Part shown: positions 39,351 through 51,567 of the stretch, in pieces
How the letters are laid out: each line of letters starts with the position of its first letter
Numbering within the stretch: the stretch's first letter is position 1
Source: Vicugna vicugna
Lineage: Eukaryota
Direction of reading: 5' to 3'
Assembly (NCBI GenBank): GCA_013265495.1
Contig: MU058531.1
Location: 984,678 to 1,048,677 of the forward strand
DNA length: 64,000 nucleotides
Notes under the pieces: generated by a model
The model's database searches: none
The model's input: the letters and a program-made list of their open reading frames with translations, nothing else
What the model was told of the DNA's origin: nothing
Position numbers and translations under genes: made by a program

Positions 39351-42300
39351 TCATTGCAAAATGAAGAACCAGGAGAGGAATTTTTAAAATCTTAAAAAAA
39401 AAAATCTTTCTAGCGCTACACTAAGCAACAAACAGATACTTACGTTTCCTATTTTGACCAGTGATGGGAGAAAGCCAAGATGGAAAAGGAGAAGCAGCTG
39501 AAGAGGGTGAGGGGTGGGAGCTCAGAAGAAGGAAAAAAAGGGGGTGTGTGGAGAGGGACGCCTTCGGGTCCTGGCACTGAGGAGGAGCTGGGGGTTCTGG
39601 GAAAGGGACCTCCAGAGGGCTTAAACCCATTCCGGCAAACCCTCCAGGCGTCTAAAAACAGGCCTTTCGGCTTTGAAAATAGACCTTTGCTGCTTTTATA
39701 TTCAGACTTCAGAGCCTAATATATTGAAGTGAGGGTTAATTTTCCTATGGCATTCTGGAAATCTGGCACAGAAGAGAAGAAATGACCGGTTACAATGTTC
39801 TGCAGAAGAATCCTGGAGGTGTATGTTGATTTAATGCCTACTGCCTAAAATCCCCTTGGCATTCAAACGCTGTCAGAGTGGCTGATTTTTACTATTTATG
39901 AGACTTTCCATTTCACTCATTTTGTTTTAAAGATTTTTATCGGAAGTTAGCAGTGATTTCTTTGGTTTAAAGACTCTAAAAATAATCAAATCTATTTTCT
40001 TTTCTAGTTAGGCCCTGGAGGATCATAAATAAGAAGAAAAAGAATGGAAACCACAAAATGTATTGAGATGTGTGCTAACGCTCTCCTTCATCCTTCAAGA
40101 TGGGTATTAGCCCTCTTTCCAGATAAAGAAACACGGTTGCTATTGCAATCAGCTGGTAAGTAATAGGTTTCAAACCCAGGTTTATCTGATTACTAGGTCC
40201 ATATTTTTCCCTCTGCACATTCAAAGAACAGTATTTTTTAAGTGGAAAAAACATCCCTCAATCATGGGCCAATGTTCACAGCTCTTTCACTACTATGAAC
40301 TTGTCAGGGACTCTCCTCTGTCTGGGGTAAATCGATCAATACATCTCCTCAGAGGAAGAGTGGAAGAGAACATGTAGACCACAAAGCAATCCTATTTAAT
40401 AGTTAAGAGGATGGGTGAGGAGCTTTCTTCAGCCTTACTTCTGTTAGTATTAAACATAAGTTCAGACCAAAGAAAACTAGTATGCAGCTGGAAGGCATCT
40501 CAGAACCCATTTGTTCCCCCTTCAATACAGAGAGGGAAACAGGCTGGGACAAGCTGAATGACTTGTCCAAGATTATACATGACTACACTGAAACATCTCA
40601 GGTTTTTTGTTTTGAGGTTTAGAATTGTGTCAAGGCCTCCAAAAAATTCCTGAAGGTGGTTAAATTTCACCAGATACTTTTGATTTTCCTCACTTTAACT
40701 TTTTAATTTATTTTAATTCATTTTGATTTTTCTCACTTTTTTCCCCTCCCATAGAGGACTCTGATCAGGGTCAGCTTACGTTCTGTCTTGGCTCTTTTAA
40801 TTATACATTCTAATTAAGTATAATTATATATTACATTATAATTAAATTTAATTTTATACTATAATATTCCATGCTAATTAATTATACAAAGAATTTGAAA
40901 AGCAACCTTTTTTATTTGAATCTACTGTCAGTATTATTTCCCACCTACACTCTGGCCAGACCTTATTTAGCCCACTTGTGTTTCATAGCAGCTTCTGATG
41001 TATTTTGCTTTTGTTCTTTTAATTGTAGACATATAAATGCACCAAATAATTAGTAAAATACTACCTTCGGATTTACTTTTTCCATTTTCAATATAGCATC
41101 AGGTCCAAACTCCCCTTTTTGTAGAGAAGTTATCTCGGTTATACTATCTCTGGTGATGGCTGAGTGTATCTCCTTAGAGTTGCTAGGTTTTTAACTTAGA
41201 AGCTGTCACAATGCATAAACACAGTTATTGAAAATCTCTGCTTCTGCAGCATTACCTGGTTTAAACATTGAGTTTAAATTTCATCTATCATTGTATCATT
41301 CCAAAATTCAGACAGAACAATTTGAAATTCTTTCAGTTTCCCTCTAACGTTGACTAACAAATAATCATATCCTAATAAAAATGCTAAAATCTCATGGATA
41401 CTTTTCCATAGTATTCTCACACACACACACAAAAGCTAAAGATACAGCTTCACAAAATATTCATAAAAAGACCTAAACATTCACCTAAATTTGTTGTTCT
41501 GTCCTTGGTTTCCTGGGGTTTTAAAATTCATATCAAGATGCCTTCACCTTCCCCCTGCCAGCCTCCTCTGGCAGTTATATTGGAAATAATAAGAGAAGTG
41601 TTGGCCTCTAAATCAAATCATGTCTTTAGTTTTTATCCTTTTTATTTCTTCCATTAAAAAAAATAACTCTTCCACTTTAAAAAGGACAAAACCTTGTCTA
41701 GACTCTCATTTCCTATAACAGCATTCTCATAAAATTGTCAGCGAGGGCATCTGAAACTACAGCTTTCTGATGTTTCCAACTGGCAATCTCCTGCTCTCAG
41801 AATTGCTCTGGGGGAGTACAGAACAGCAGCCACATCCTATAATAGGAATTATAAGCATCTATTTATAAGCTCTTCTTCCCTGTAGGTACTCATCTAACTC
41901 ATCTAAATGCATATGCTTAATCATATCTCTGCAGACCCACACATACCCATCCGTAGGACATAAGCTTACGCGAGTTTATTTTCCCATAAACCAGCATACT
42001 CTGACAGTCCAGATTTGCTTTAAGAAACAAGTAAAATAAAGCTTGCAACACATTGGTCAGTTAAATATACTAACATTATACTGACTGGGGCTCCAGTGAT
42101 TTCTAATGTCTAATGTGGCTGACTTCCCAAAAGGCTACTTTTTAAAATTATTATTATTGAAGTATAGTTGATTTACAACATGTCTGTTTCTGGAGTACAG
42201 CATAGTGAGTCAGCTGTGTGTATATACTCTTGCACTTCTCCAAGTTTTTCAGCTGTTTACCTGTACACCCCATTGGCTCACTCAGCTCAACTCAACTCAT

Positions 42301-44427
42301 TGTCTGGGTGTCGACCCCAGAACTGGATGCGAAAAGACTAGGAAAACAATGCTTAGACAGGTCTAGGGCTAAAATTAGTGTATATAAATATCCAAGTACT
42401 ACCCTGTGGACCAGTCGGGCTCTAGAGCATTAGCACAGAGACAGAACACACATCCTAGTGATGAGGACTAAAATCTGTCAACACAGACATTGGGAGGCCC
42501 AGTTGGGACAAAAGCAGTTAGTCTGGGACACAAGAATGTCCCCTTCTCTGTGACAATTCCCCTCACCATGGCCAGTCTCATCCTTTCCAAGCTCTTAAAG
42601 CACTTTTTTCAGATCTTTATGATAACACTTTCTATTACATTATGCTTTATGTTTATATGAGTGTCTTTTCCATTAGACTGTGAACTCCCCAAAGCCAAGG
42701 ATATTTTCTTATTCTTGCCCCATACTAGGTGCTCAATAAACACTCATCAAACAAATTGAGTAGAAAAATGCCTATAACCAAGAGTCGTTCATGATTTAAA
42801 ATAATTCCTCAGCTTAAAAGTAAATCATGAATCGTGTTTTAATTCAGATGTGTCCTTTAATTAAGATACTTTCACTTGCATTTTCCCTTAATGCTAACTA
42901 CAAAAATGTACTTTTTTTCCTTTGAAAATTTCCCTTTAGAAAATTTTCATTCTCTTTACAAAATAAATGCACTCTTTAAAAATTGTCCTCAACAACAATT
43001 AAAAAGATGAACAAAGAATCAGAGAAAGGATAGTTCCAAGATCACTTATTCTTTTTTTAATTACTCAATTTTTTGTTCATCTTGCAATGTAAGTGGTACT
43101 TGCACACCCTCTAGTGGTGAATCTATTCCTCAATACAAATTCCACAATAAGAGAATTTCCACAGAAGGCTTTTTTCAAGGAACAAATTGGACAAGGTCAG
43201 CGACCATGGTCCAAACCTGAAGGACTAATGAAAAAGAAAATTAAGTTCTTCAACTGAAAGAAAAACAGATCACACGAGCATTCACTCATTGACTGAGTCA
43301 ACATTCATTGAGTGTCTAATACACACAAGGTATTATTTTAGGAGTTCTTTTTTCAAAGGACATGTTAAGTTGGAGATCCTTTTGGATCTCCAACTGGAGA
43401 TGTCAGATAGTTAGATACAAGTTCAAGAGAAGATCTCTCAAGCAGAAGAGTAGATAGAGAAAAGGGATGAGGAATTCACCCTAGGATGTGCCAACATTCT
43501 GGAGTCAGGCAGAAGAAGAGAGACCCCAAAAAAACTGAGCAGGAGACATTGAGTTAGGAGGAGAACTAAGAGAGCTTGGATGCTCAAAATCAGAGAAGAT
43601 GTTTCAAGGAGAAGAGATTGGTGAACTAAGTCAAATGCCAAGTAGGGAAAGAACTATTTCAATGGAGTGGTTGGAACAAAAGTGGACTAGACTGGGTTCA
43701 GGAGATCATGAGAAGAGAGCAAATGGTAACTGGGATAATAGACAACTTTTGGAGTAGTTTTATTCAAAAGAGTAGCAGGGACTTGGGCAGAAGCTAGAGG
43801 GACATGTGGTATTTGAACATAATCAGAATAGAAAGTAAGAAAGTCTTTCGTTGAAGAATAGATAGGATCCATTTTATTCTACATTTTCTAATCCCCTGTA
43901 GAATTTGAGGAATCCTTCTATAGTGTTCAAAATAATATCTGAAATGAAAATTGCCATCAGGTTCATGTCCCCATTTCCATGCAAAACTATCCCTGATCTA
44001 TTCTTTCAGTCGTTTAATAAACATGTACCAGCTAAGTATTAATAGGCACTGTGCTAAGTGCCAGGGATGAATAAATAAGGCAAATTCTCCACCCTACGGA
44101 TGTTCACTATCTGGCAAAAGTGACAGACTAGTTACAGTGCAATGTGAAAAGCCTCATAGATATGAACCCAAGACATGGGATCCCAGAGGAAAGGAACATT
44201 GGCTCTGCCTGGAGGGACCAAAGAATTCACAGAGCTAAAATTTCAGCTCAAGCAGAAGTTTCATCAGTACACTGGAGGAGAGGGGAATGCAATGCTAGTT
44301 TCTGTTGAGGACCTGTTCTTTGCCTTCAGTAACTATTCTTAGCAAATTAGTATTCAGTCAAAAAGTTTTAGCTGCCTGAGCAATTTTTTTTTCACTTAAT
44401 AAGCAACAATTTCAAGGCAGCATCACA

Positions 44428-44980
44428 GCAATGGTTTTATCAACTTGACTGGGCAATGGGGTGCCTAGACATTTGGTCAGACATTTTTCTGGCCTTGTGC
44501 ATGAGGTTTTCCAGAATGAGATGAGCATGTGAATCAATAGAATGAGTAAAGCAGATTAACCTCTACAATGTAGGTGGGCTTCATCTAATCAGTTGAAGGC
44601 CTGAATAGAACACAAGAACCAACATTTCTTCTAATAAGGGAGGATTCCAGTGCCTTCCAGTGGGCATGTTGCTATCATTGGATTCAAACTGAAATATCAG
44701 CTCTCCCTGAATCTTGAGCCTGCCTGCCTTTGGAGGAACTATACCATCAACTGTCCTGGGTCTCTAGCTTGACAACAGCAGATCTTGGGGTTGTCAGCCT
44801 CCAAAATCACACCAGCCAACTTCTTTTTAAAAATCTCCCCCTTTCTTTGTCTCTTTCTTGGCCTCTATCTCTCTCATTCTGTCTGTCTCTGTCTCTGTCT
44901 CTATGTACGTATGTATGTATATACTTATATATTCATATTCTCTTGGTTTTGTTTCCCTGGAGGACCCTAACACTAATACA
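44428..44980 (+). mobile_element. MLT2 (ERVL) solo LTR
   Basis: tcaacttgactgggcaatggggtgcctagacatttggtcagacatt...gttttgtttccctggaggaccctaacactaataca. Confidence 0.8.
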
Positions 44981-46335
44981 GTCATTTATTTTACTTGCAT
45001 TAAACAACCAACCCTATTGCAATTTCGGCCCTTTTCTTTCCATTCACTAAGTTTCCCATCACATGTCTTTTCCAGATACCAATCATAGCTCTCCTTTTGA
45101 TTTCTTTCATAATGATGTCTTCAGTTGTATTCTTTGGTCATAGGCATACTTTGCATCTTAAAGATGGTAGGAATACTCCTTAGTTCACAATGCTAAGTTT
45201 TATAATATATAAGATTTCTTCACCTGCCTTTCATTTTCAAACTTTCAATAAAAACATAGATATAAAAAATATTTCACTTTCATCTTAATTTCATTAAAAA
45301 AAAACCCCTAACATTGCAAGCAGTGTTACAGCCTAGAAGGCGGACAAATTCTTATATCAGGTCAGTAAGGAGAGTTTCTGAGGGAAGGCCAGAAGACAAG
45401 GGAGGAGTTATTGAGAAAGGCTCCCTGGATTGGTGATGTCCTGTGGAGTCCCATTTGAGTTCTAGGTTCAGCGATCAAATCCTCTAGTATACTTTTCCAG
45501 GGCCTCTGGGCAAGTGGGTCACTGTACCAACTTACCAGTCATGTGGTGAATAGAGGCCAATGTGAGTCTGCCTAGAGGAAGGATATCTTTTTTCTGATCT
45601 GCACAGCAGCTCCAGTAAGTGCTCCATCATGGGGAACAAGAGAGGGGGTTTCATTTGGGTTGCTGGCCCACCACCTGCACGGTTCAGTAAATTTTTTGGC
45701 CATGTGTTTAGGTAACTGAATACACCCAACAGTGCTACAACTGTGTTGACATAGGTATGAAGGTGAACAAGAAGTCACTGGTTCATTTATTAAATCTTCA
45801 ACTTTTGACTGAGTTCTGGATATACCCCAGACTCCTGCATCTTGTCGCTCCTCTATTTCTTGCATCAAAATATAACTCAAGCATCACCTCCTCTGGGAAA
45901 CTGTCCTATATCCTCTCCAAATCTCCCCAACTCCCCCCTCAATCTGGAAGAGCAGATCCTGCCAGATGTTCCTGACACATCTATGTAAATCATATTATGA
46001 CACTGCTTTCTTGCCTTGCCCCACTTCAGCCTTAAGCAGACAGAGGACAGAAGTCCAGAATAGCATTTCTTGGCTCACTCAGGAATGGTGAACCAAGTAA
46101 GAAGAGGATAAGGCCAAAGACCACCTGAGCATGCACTGATATTCAGGAACCACCCAAGAAAGAGAGGTCCCCAGGGAGACTGAGAAGGGCTTGAAGGTTG
46201 CTTTGGATGCTAAAGCCCACCTTCTCTTCCTTAGCTCTCCAAGGAAGAGGAAATGACTGAGGAGTCATCTTCTTTGAGCCCTGGACTCCTACTTGATGTA
46301 ACAGGAATAACAATCTTTCTCTCATTGACTGGTTG

Positions 46336-46927
46336 TGTTATCGGAGAGTAGGTTCTTGTCTCATCACAGAAAGAATTCAGAAACGAGATGGAGGTCAAGA
46401 AAGGAAAGTGGGGATTGATTAACTGATAGTACACTCTCAAGGGGAGAGGGCGCAGACTCAGTGAGCAGCTGTGCTGAGTTTCTTTGGCAAACTGGTTATA
46501 TAGGGTATAAAAATGAATGAGCAGAACATTCACTGGGGAGGGAGGGGTTTGGTGTCATATTCCCTGATTTTCATCCCAGCTCCAGGTTTCTGAGGGGAGG
46601 AGGGAGTTTTGTCTTTATTTAGTCTGGATTGGGAGTGTCATGATGTCCGTACATGATGGGTACTTCCAATCTGCAAGGCTAATTTTATTGTAATGAGGGC
46701 ATAATGAACAAGTGATTACATTCAGATGCCAGAGATTTCTGCCTTTTCCCACCTTTCTTTGTCTGCCTCCAGGACACTTGTCACTCTAAAATGTATAGTT
46801 TCTTATCAGCCAGAGGTTCCTGCTTTTCTGTCTGCCCAAGGACTCCTGTTGTTTACAAGATGTATGGTTTCCTGCCATTTGTCCCCAACCCCTTCTCTGC
46901 TCTCATCTAGCTCTCTGCCTGCTCTAA
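46336..46927 (-). mobile_element. Solo ERV LTR (probably lineage-specific ERV1-type) inserted into a MIR
   Basis: Begins TGTTATCGGAGAG...AAAGAATTC. Minus-strand TATATAA at 46496-46502. Flanks join into the MIR core (...ctcattgactggttg / tgaggattaaat...). Confidence 0.65.
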
Positions 46928-47059
46928 TTTGTGAGGATTAAATTGGACAGCAGATAGGAAGTATGTAGAATATTTATACAGTACTATTATCTTCCAGTCA
47001 GAAATTTCCAGGATCTTCTTCTAACTCCAGATCCTTGCTGCCTCACCTATCTCTCCAGA

Positions 47060-47275
47060 CCAACTTCTCACCCCTCTTACCTGCTCCTCTCCCCTAGTCC
47101 CTCTTCCCTCTGCCCTCTTCCCACTCCTCCTCCCCTCTTCCACCTCCTTCCCTTCCTCCCCCTCCCTTCCTACTTCCTCTTTCCTCTCCCTCCAGCCCTC
47201 CATTCTCTTCTTCTTTTCTTTTCTCTTCTCCCCCTCCTCCCTTCCCATCCTCCAATTCTCCTCTCTGCTTGCTTT
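47060..47275. repeat. Polypyrimidine/polypurine low-complexity tract
   Basis: About 200 bp of almost pure C/T on the plus strand. Confidence 0.9.
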
Positions 47276-48869
47276 GCCCAGGAGACAGTACACGAAGTGA
47301 GAACTGAACCAAACCCCCTGGATCCAGATGGAGTTCCACCAGATTACCTGAGCCTTAGATGACTCAGATGTAAAATGCAGATGTTGCTAAAAAGCAGTAC
47401 TGAACTTACAGTTGCTTTGAAAATAAAATATGCAGGTAATTACTTAGCCAACAGGCTTGCCCTCAATAAATGCTTATGACTGTTATCTATTCATTTTCCT
47501 TCTCGTCCTTTTTCTTCTTCATCACCTAGGTGCACGGTGAAGATGTCTAAAGGGTACAGAAAAGAAGTCTAAAGGATAGAATTACAGCATCAGCACCATG
47601 GCTTTCAAAGAAAGAGGCCCTTTGTAGTCTAATGCTGGCATCAAATAATGAGTCATCTGATTCACCTTCATCACACATTGGACATATTTCAGACCAATCT
47701 AGATTTTGTGATCATAGGTGAAGAAGCCTGTACAATTAACACTAGACTTTCCAATGAAAAGCAAAGGGTTTGCTTTATACGACTTTGTTCTATTTTCAGA
47801 AGAAAATTTTTTTTCTGTTCTTACTTAGGAAATATCAAGCATTGGGAAAGCAAAAGATTTTTCTTCTTTGTGAAATTTAACCAGGAGAATTGCATGCTAC
47901 TACATGGAACAGATGGCTCTTAAAATTCCCTTCTGAGACTAAGAAAGGAGTACAAATCAAGATGTGGCCCGTAGACCAGAGTGATCTGTGTGCTGTGTGT
48001 GATAAGTTAGTACAGAAACCGAAAATGTTTAGAAACTTTCACAGCCCTTCAGCATTGTCTGGATACCCAAGCCCCCAATTAGTGGACTCTTCTTATTCAG
48101 CCAAGTATAGCGCAGTTCAGATGTTATCAGATTAATCTTTTGAGGCCAGAGCTGCCTATTGGTAATGCACAATGGATCACCTACTGGTCCTGGAAGAATG
48201 GGGCTGCAGGGGAGGTGACTGACCCCTCATCACAGACAGCTGGAGAAGCACTGATGTAAACTACAATTCCACAGTTTTATGTTCTAGGATAATTGACTTA
48301 TCAATCTTCAAGAGTTCATTTATACTAAGTTCAAAAGTGTGGAAACATCAAATATGTGGGATATATACCACTTTGAACATTCCTCAGATGGAAAATTGTA
48401 AGACATTTCAGTTTTGCACCTCCCTCATCTAACTTGTTTTTGCCTAAACCAGTGTTGGAGATAACCACGCATCCTAGAGAGAGCCCTGCCATCTCGTGTT
48501 TGGGGACTGTAATAGAGACAGCGTGTTGCGACACCGCTAGTTCTGATTGGGCAAAGCGACCTTTTCTCTCGGACAGTCGTCTTTCAAGTTTGTCAGGTCG
48601 GTTTCCCCATCTTCCCGTTAAGCACATTTTAGACAGCAAATGGACTTTAGGGGAGGGAAAGAAACACAAGTTCCTAATGACTTTTTAAGAAGGGTTTCCA
48701 GCACTTAGCAAAAGCGTTTGGTTCATGGTAGGCGCGCAATAGATTTTGTATACTTACATTTCGAAAGAATCACTGTCTACATTATTTCATGGTAAAGCAT
48801 TCTCATTCCTAAGGAGACGAAGGACTGAAGTGAGACTGTTGATCTCCACACACTAACTTCTGCTGGTTC

Positions 48870-49400
48870 TTGAAAGCGAGCCAGGAACCCGGGAAACCCA
48901 CTTAGTCCGCTGGCGGGAGGGGCGGACTGCACTTCCCAGCATGCCCCAGGGGGCGGGCCCCGCGGCTGCGCAGAAGCGCGCGCGCGGTCATGTGACTGCA
49001 GCATGGCGGCGTTCGCGGATTTGGACCTGCGAGCGGGTTCCGACCTGAAGGCGCTGCGCGGTCTCGTGGAGAACGCCGCTCACTGTGAGTCGCCCCGGTT
49101 TCGCGGGCCTCGGGGCCCACTCATCCTCCCTGCCCCCTAGGCTATCGGGCCACGCTCGAGAGGGACCCGGGCTGGCCTCATTCAGGGCTCCCTGAGTCTC
49201 CGGCTGTCTCTGGAAGCTGACGCCGGCTGCGGGGTTGCTCTGATTCCAGGGGCGGGAAACTCGAAAGCACGGGAAGCTGTTCCCCAGTGCAGCACCTCTT
49301 TTCTTGCGAGTCGAGGAAACTGAGGCCCTGGCAGGGAGAGGGATTGCATAGGGCCCCACAGCTCATGGCTGGCAGCCGCGGGGGCTTCCAAGTGTACAGT
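48870..49400 (+). promoter_or_regulatory. RPP30: RPP30 CpG-island promoter with GC boxes, ZNF143/Staf-like site and E-box
   Basis: CpG-rich. GGGGCGG 48919-48925 and GGGGGCGGG 48949-48957; ACTGCACTTCCCAGCATGCCCC 48926-48947; GTCATGTGAC 48987-48996. No TATA box seen. Confidence 0.85.
49003..49084 (+). CDS. RPP30: Ribonuclease P/MRP subunit p30, coding exon 1
   Basis: AGCATGG start; MAAFADLDLRAGSDLKALRGLVENAAH + 1 nt; donor GTGAGT at 49085. Confidence 0.96.
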
Positions 49401-50594
49401 CTCTCAACCCCTTCCTACTTCTCAAGACAGTCTTCTGACGCTATCAAATGCGGGAAAATGGTACAAAAACGGGGAGTGCTGTGAGGGCTCCGAGAAGCGG
49501 GGAAGGGATATGTGGTTGTGAGTGTTGGAATAATGTTCTTTAGAGGAAGGGTAGGTGGGGGCGGAGGAATTACTAGGCGAGGGGAGGGGAGCTAGAATGT
49601 TACTCATATTTAAATCTAAGGGAAGCAAAAGCCCTGAGAAGTAAAACCTCGTTTTAATTATTGAAGTTAATGACCACTGCTGTCATCTTTCCTAGAAAGT
49701 AAAGTGTCTAAGTGGGGCTAGAGGGGTTTAAAAATAAAGAGGTTTCTGCAGGGCCTGTCAAGTAATGGATGCTCAGTAAATATTTGAGGGAAGAAGAAAG
49801 AAAGGAAATTGGAGAAACTAATGAGAGGACGGACCACTATTTTGGCATTAATATGCATTATTTTTTAATATTAATATCTTGTTGTTCCCGTTGGTGTTTA
49901 AATAATTTAGATACTGGAGTCATGATTTAGACATATTTTTGGTAGTCCAGATATCCAGAACAGTGCTGTGTTGAAGTTGCTAAAGCAAGGCCCTGGCTTC
50001 CAAGAATTCCCAATCTCTTGATGTTGAGCAGCTCAAAGGGGAACGTGGATATAGGTGTGAAGGAGTCGTTACTCCATTCTCCTTAGCAAAAGAGCCTCTG
50101 AAGAAGTAGAAAGGGTAAAAAGTAAAAGAAATGAGTAAGAATAAAAGTGACAGTCAAAAAGTATAAATTCAGTGAGATGAAAAGGGACAAATGAAAATGA
50201 ACAAAGGGACACGAAAGAGAATGAGGGTTGAAAGGAGATGCACAAAGTTAAGGGTCTTTGGTATCACGCTAATAATACATCACTGAGGTCAAGTGAAGCC
50301 CTAACTATGTGCCAGGCACTGTTCTAAAACATCTACATGTGTTATCTCATTTACTTCTCATGATGGACATATGAGGGAAGTTCTGTTATTATCACCATTT
50401 GACAGATGAAGAATCTTAAGGTTAAGTAACTTGTAAGTGGTAATGCTTAGATTTGAAAACAGGCTGTTTGACCTGACCCGAGAGCCCATACCCATCCTGC
50501 TAGTGACCTCGTTTGACATCAATTGGGATGAGCCTCTGTGTACAGGAATGAGAGGTGGTTATATTTAACAAGAATGTTCAATTTGTCTTTTCAG

Positions 50595-50650
50595 TGGGCT
50601 ATTCAGTTGTTGCCATCAATCATGTTGTTGAATTTAAGGAAAAGAAACAG
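50595..50650 (+). CDS. RPP30: RPP30 coding exon 2
   Basis: tcttttcag acceptor; (L)GYSVVAINHVVEFKEKKQ; donor CAG|GTAAAA. 56 nt restores phase 0 after the 82-nt exon 1. Confidence 0.96.
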
Positions 50651-51102
50651 GTAAAATATAATTTCTGAAGTTAATAATAACCAGCATTTGTAATTATTTG
50701 TGTGTATATTGGTCATATGGATGCTACATATGTATTTCTTAAGTGCAGTCACTCTTTCTGCAGTGTTTTACATGTTAGCAGTTGAGCTGATGCATACTTG
50801 TATAAGTGATAAAGTTTTTTGTGAAGTGCTAGGGCATGGTGTAAGGATTCCTAATGTGGATTTGATGTTGAGTGACTTTCAGTAACTTAAAAAAATGCAT
50901 TGTTACTGACTAAACTATAATTACAACGTTTAGTCCTTTTTATTTTACTGTATGGGCTCAATACTAATTGATTTCCCTCTTAAAGATGCTAGTAAATGTT
51001 TGTATCTCGTTTTAGATTGGTTAATTCCAAAAACTATTGTTCATCCCTCCTCTCCATTGATGTTCTCAGCTGCTTCTCCTCTTGTCAGCTTTCTTCATTA
51101 AA

Positions 51103-51126
51103 CACACACACACACACACACACACA
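51103..51126. repeat. (AC)n microsatellite (others at ~24917-24948 and ~30821-30843)
   Basis: Direct reading of the dinucleotide run. Confidence 0.9.
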
Positions 51127-51257
51127 ACTTATTTACTGTTTGTGAAAGCCAGGTTTTTTTTTTAATTACCTTGGCTCAAAACCCCTTGTACATTTTCCAG
51201 TCTGCTTCATCCCATTAATGTGTACCGTCTAGGGTGACTGTTTATTGTTTGTTGTAG

Positions 51258-51314
51258 GAAATTGAAAAACCAGTAGCTGTTTCAGAACTCTTTACAACTT
51301 TGCCAATTGTGCAG
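51258..51314 (+). CDS. RPP30: RPP30 coding exon 3
   Basis: gttgtag acceptor; EIEKPVAVSELFTTLPIVQ; donor CAG|GTAGGT; 57 nt. Confidence 0.96.
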
Positions 51315-51567
51315 GTAGGTGTTTTGTTTAAATAGCATAATACTAGTTCTTTCAGTTCAGACACACCCAGTCAGATGTGTGCTCTTACCTGCACTGTCCC
51401 TTCCTCTGTCTACCAGTCTTACCCTTCCATGAAGACTTAGCTGTCTGTGAAGTCGGTACTTCTGTCAATTCGGTGCTTCTTGGAAGATCTTTTCCTGAAG
51501 TCTTACAACCTTTAAATTATTTCATTATGTAGTTTAGTATACTTACATCTCTTTTTCTCTAGCTGTA

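Noticed and set aside
38159..39387. Long plus-strand ORFs (380, 235 and 247 aa) antisense to HTR7 exon 1
   Set aside because: Expected from stop-codon scarcity in a CpG island and the antisense shadow of coding sequence; no recognisable domains.
40790..40890. Very AT-rich stretch upstream of HTR7
   Set aside because: Low-complexity sequence with no clear periodicity or supportable function.
47590..47601. RE1/NRSE-like TCAGCACCATGG (and a weaker look-alike at ~39262-39283)
   Set aside because: The right half-site GGACAG is missing in the first and the left half is broken in the second; too weak to call a REST site without ChIP data.
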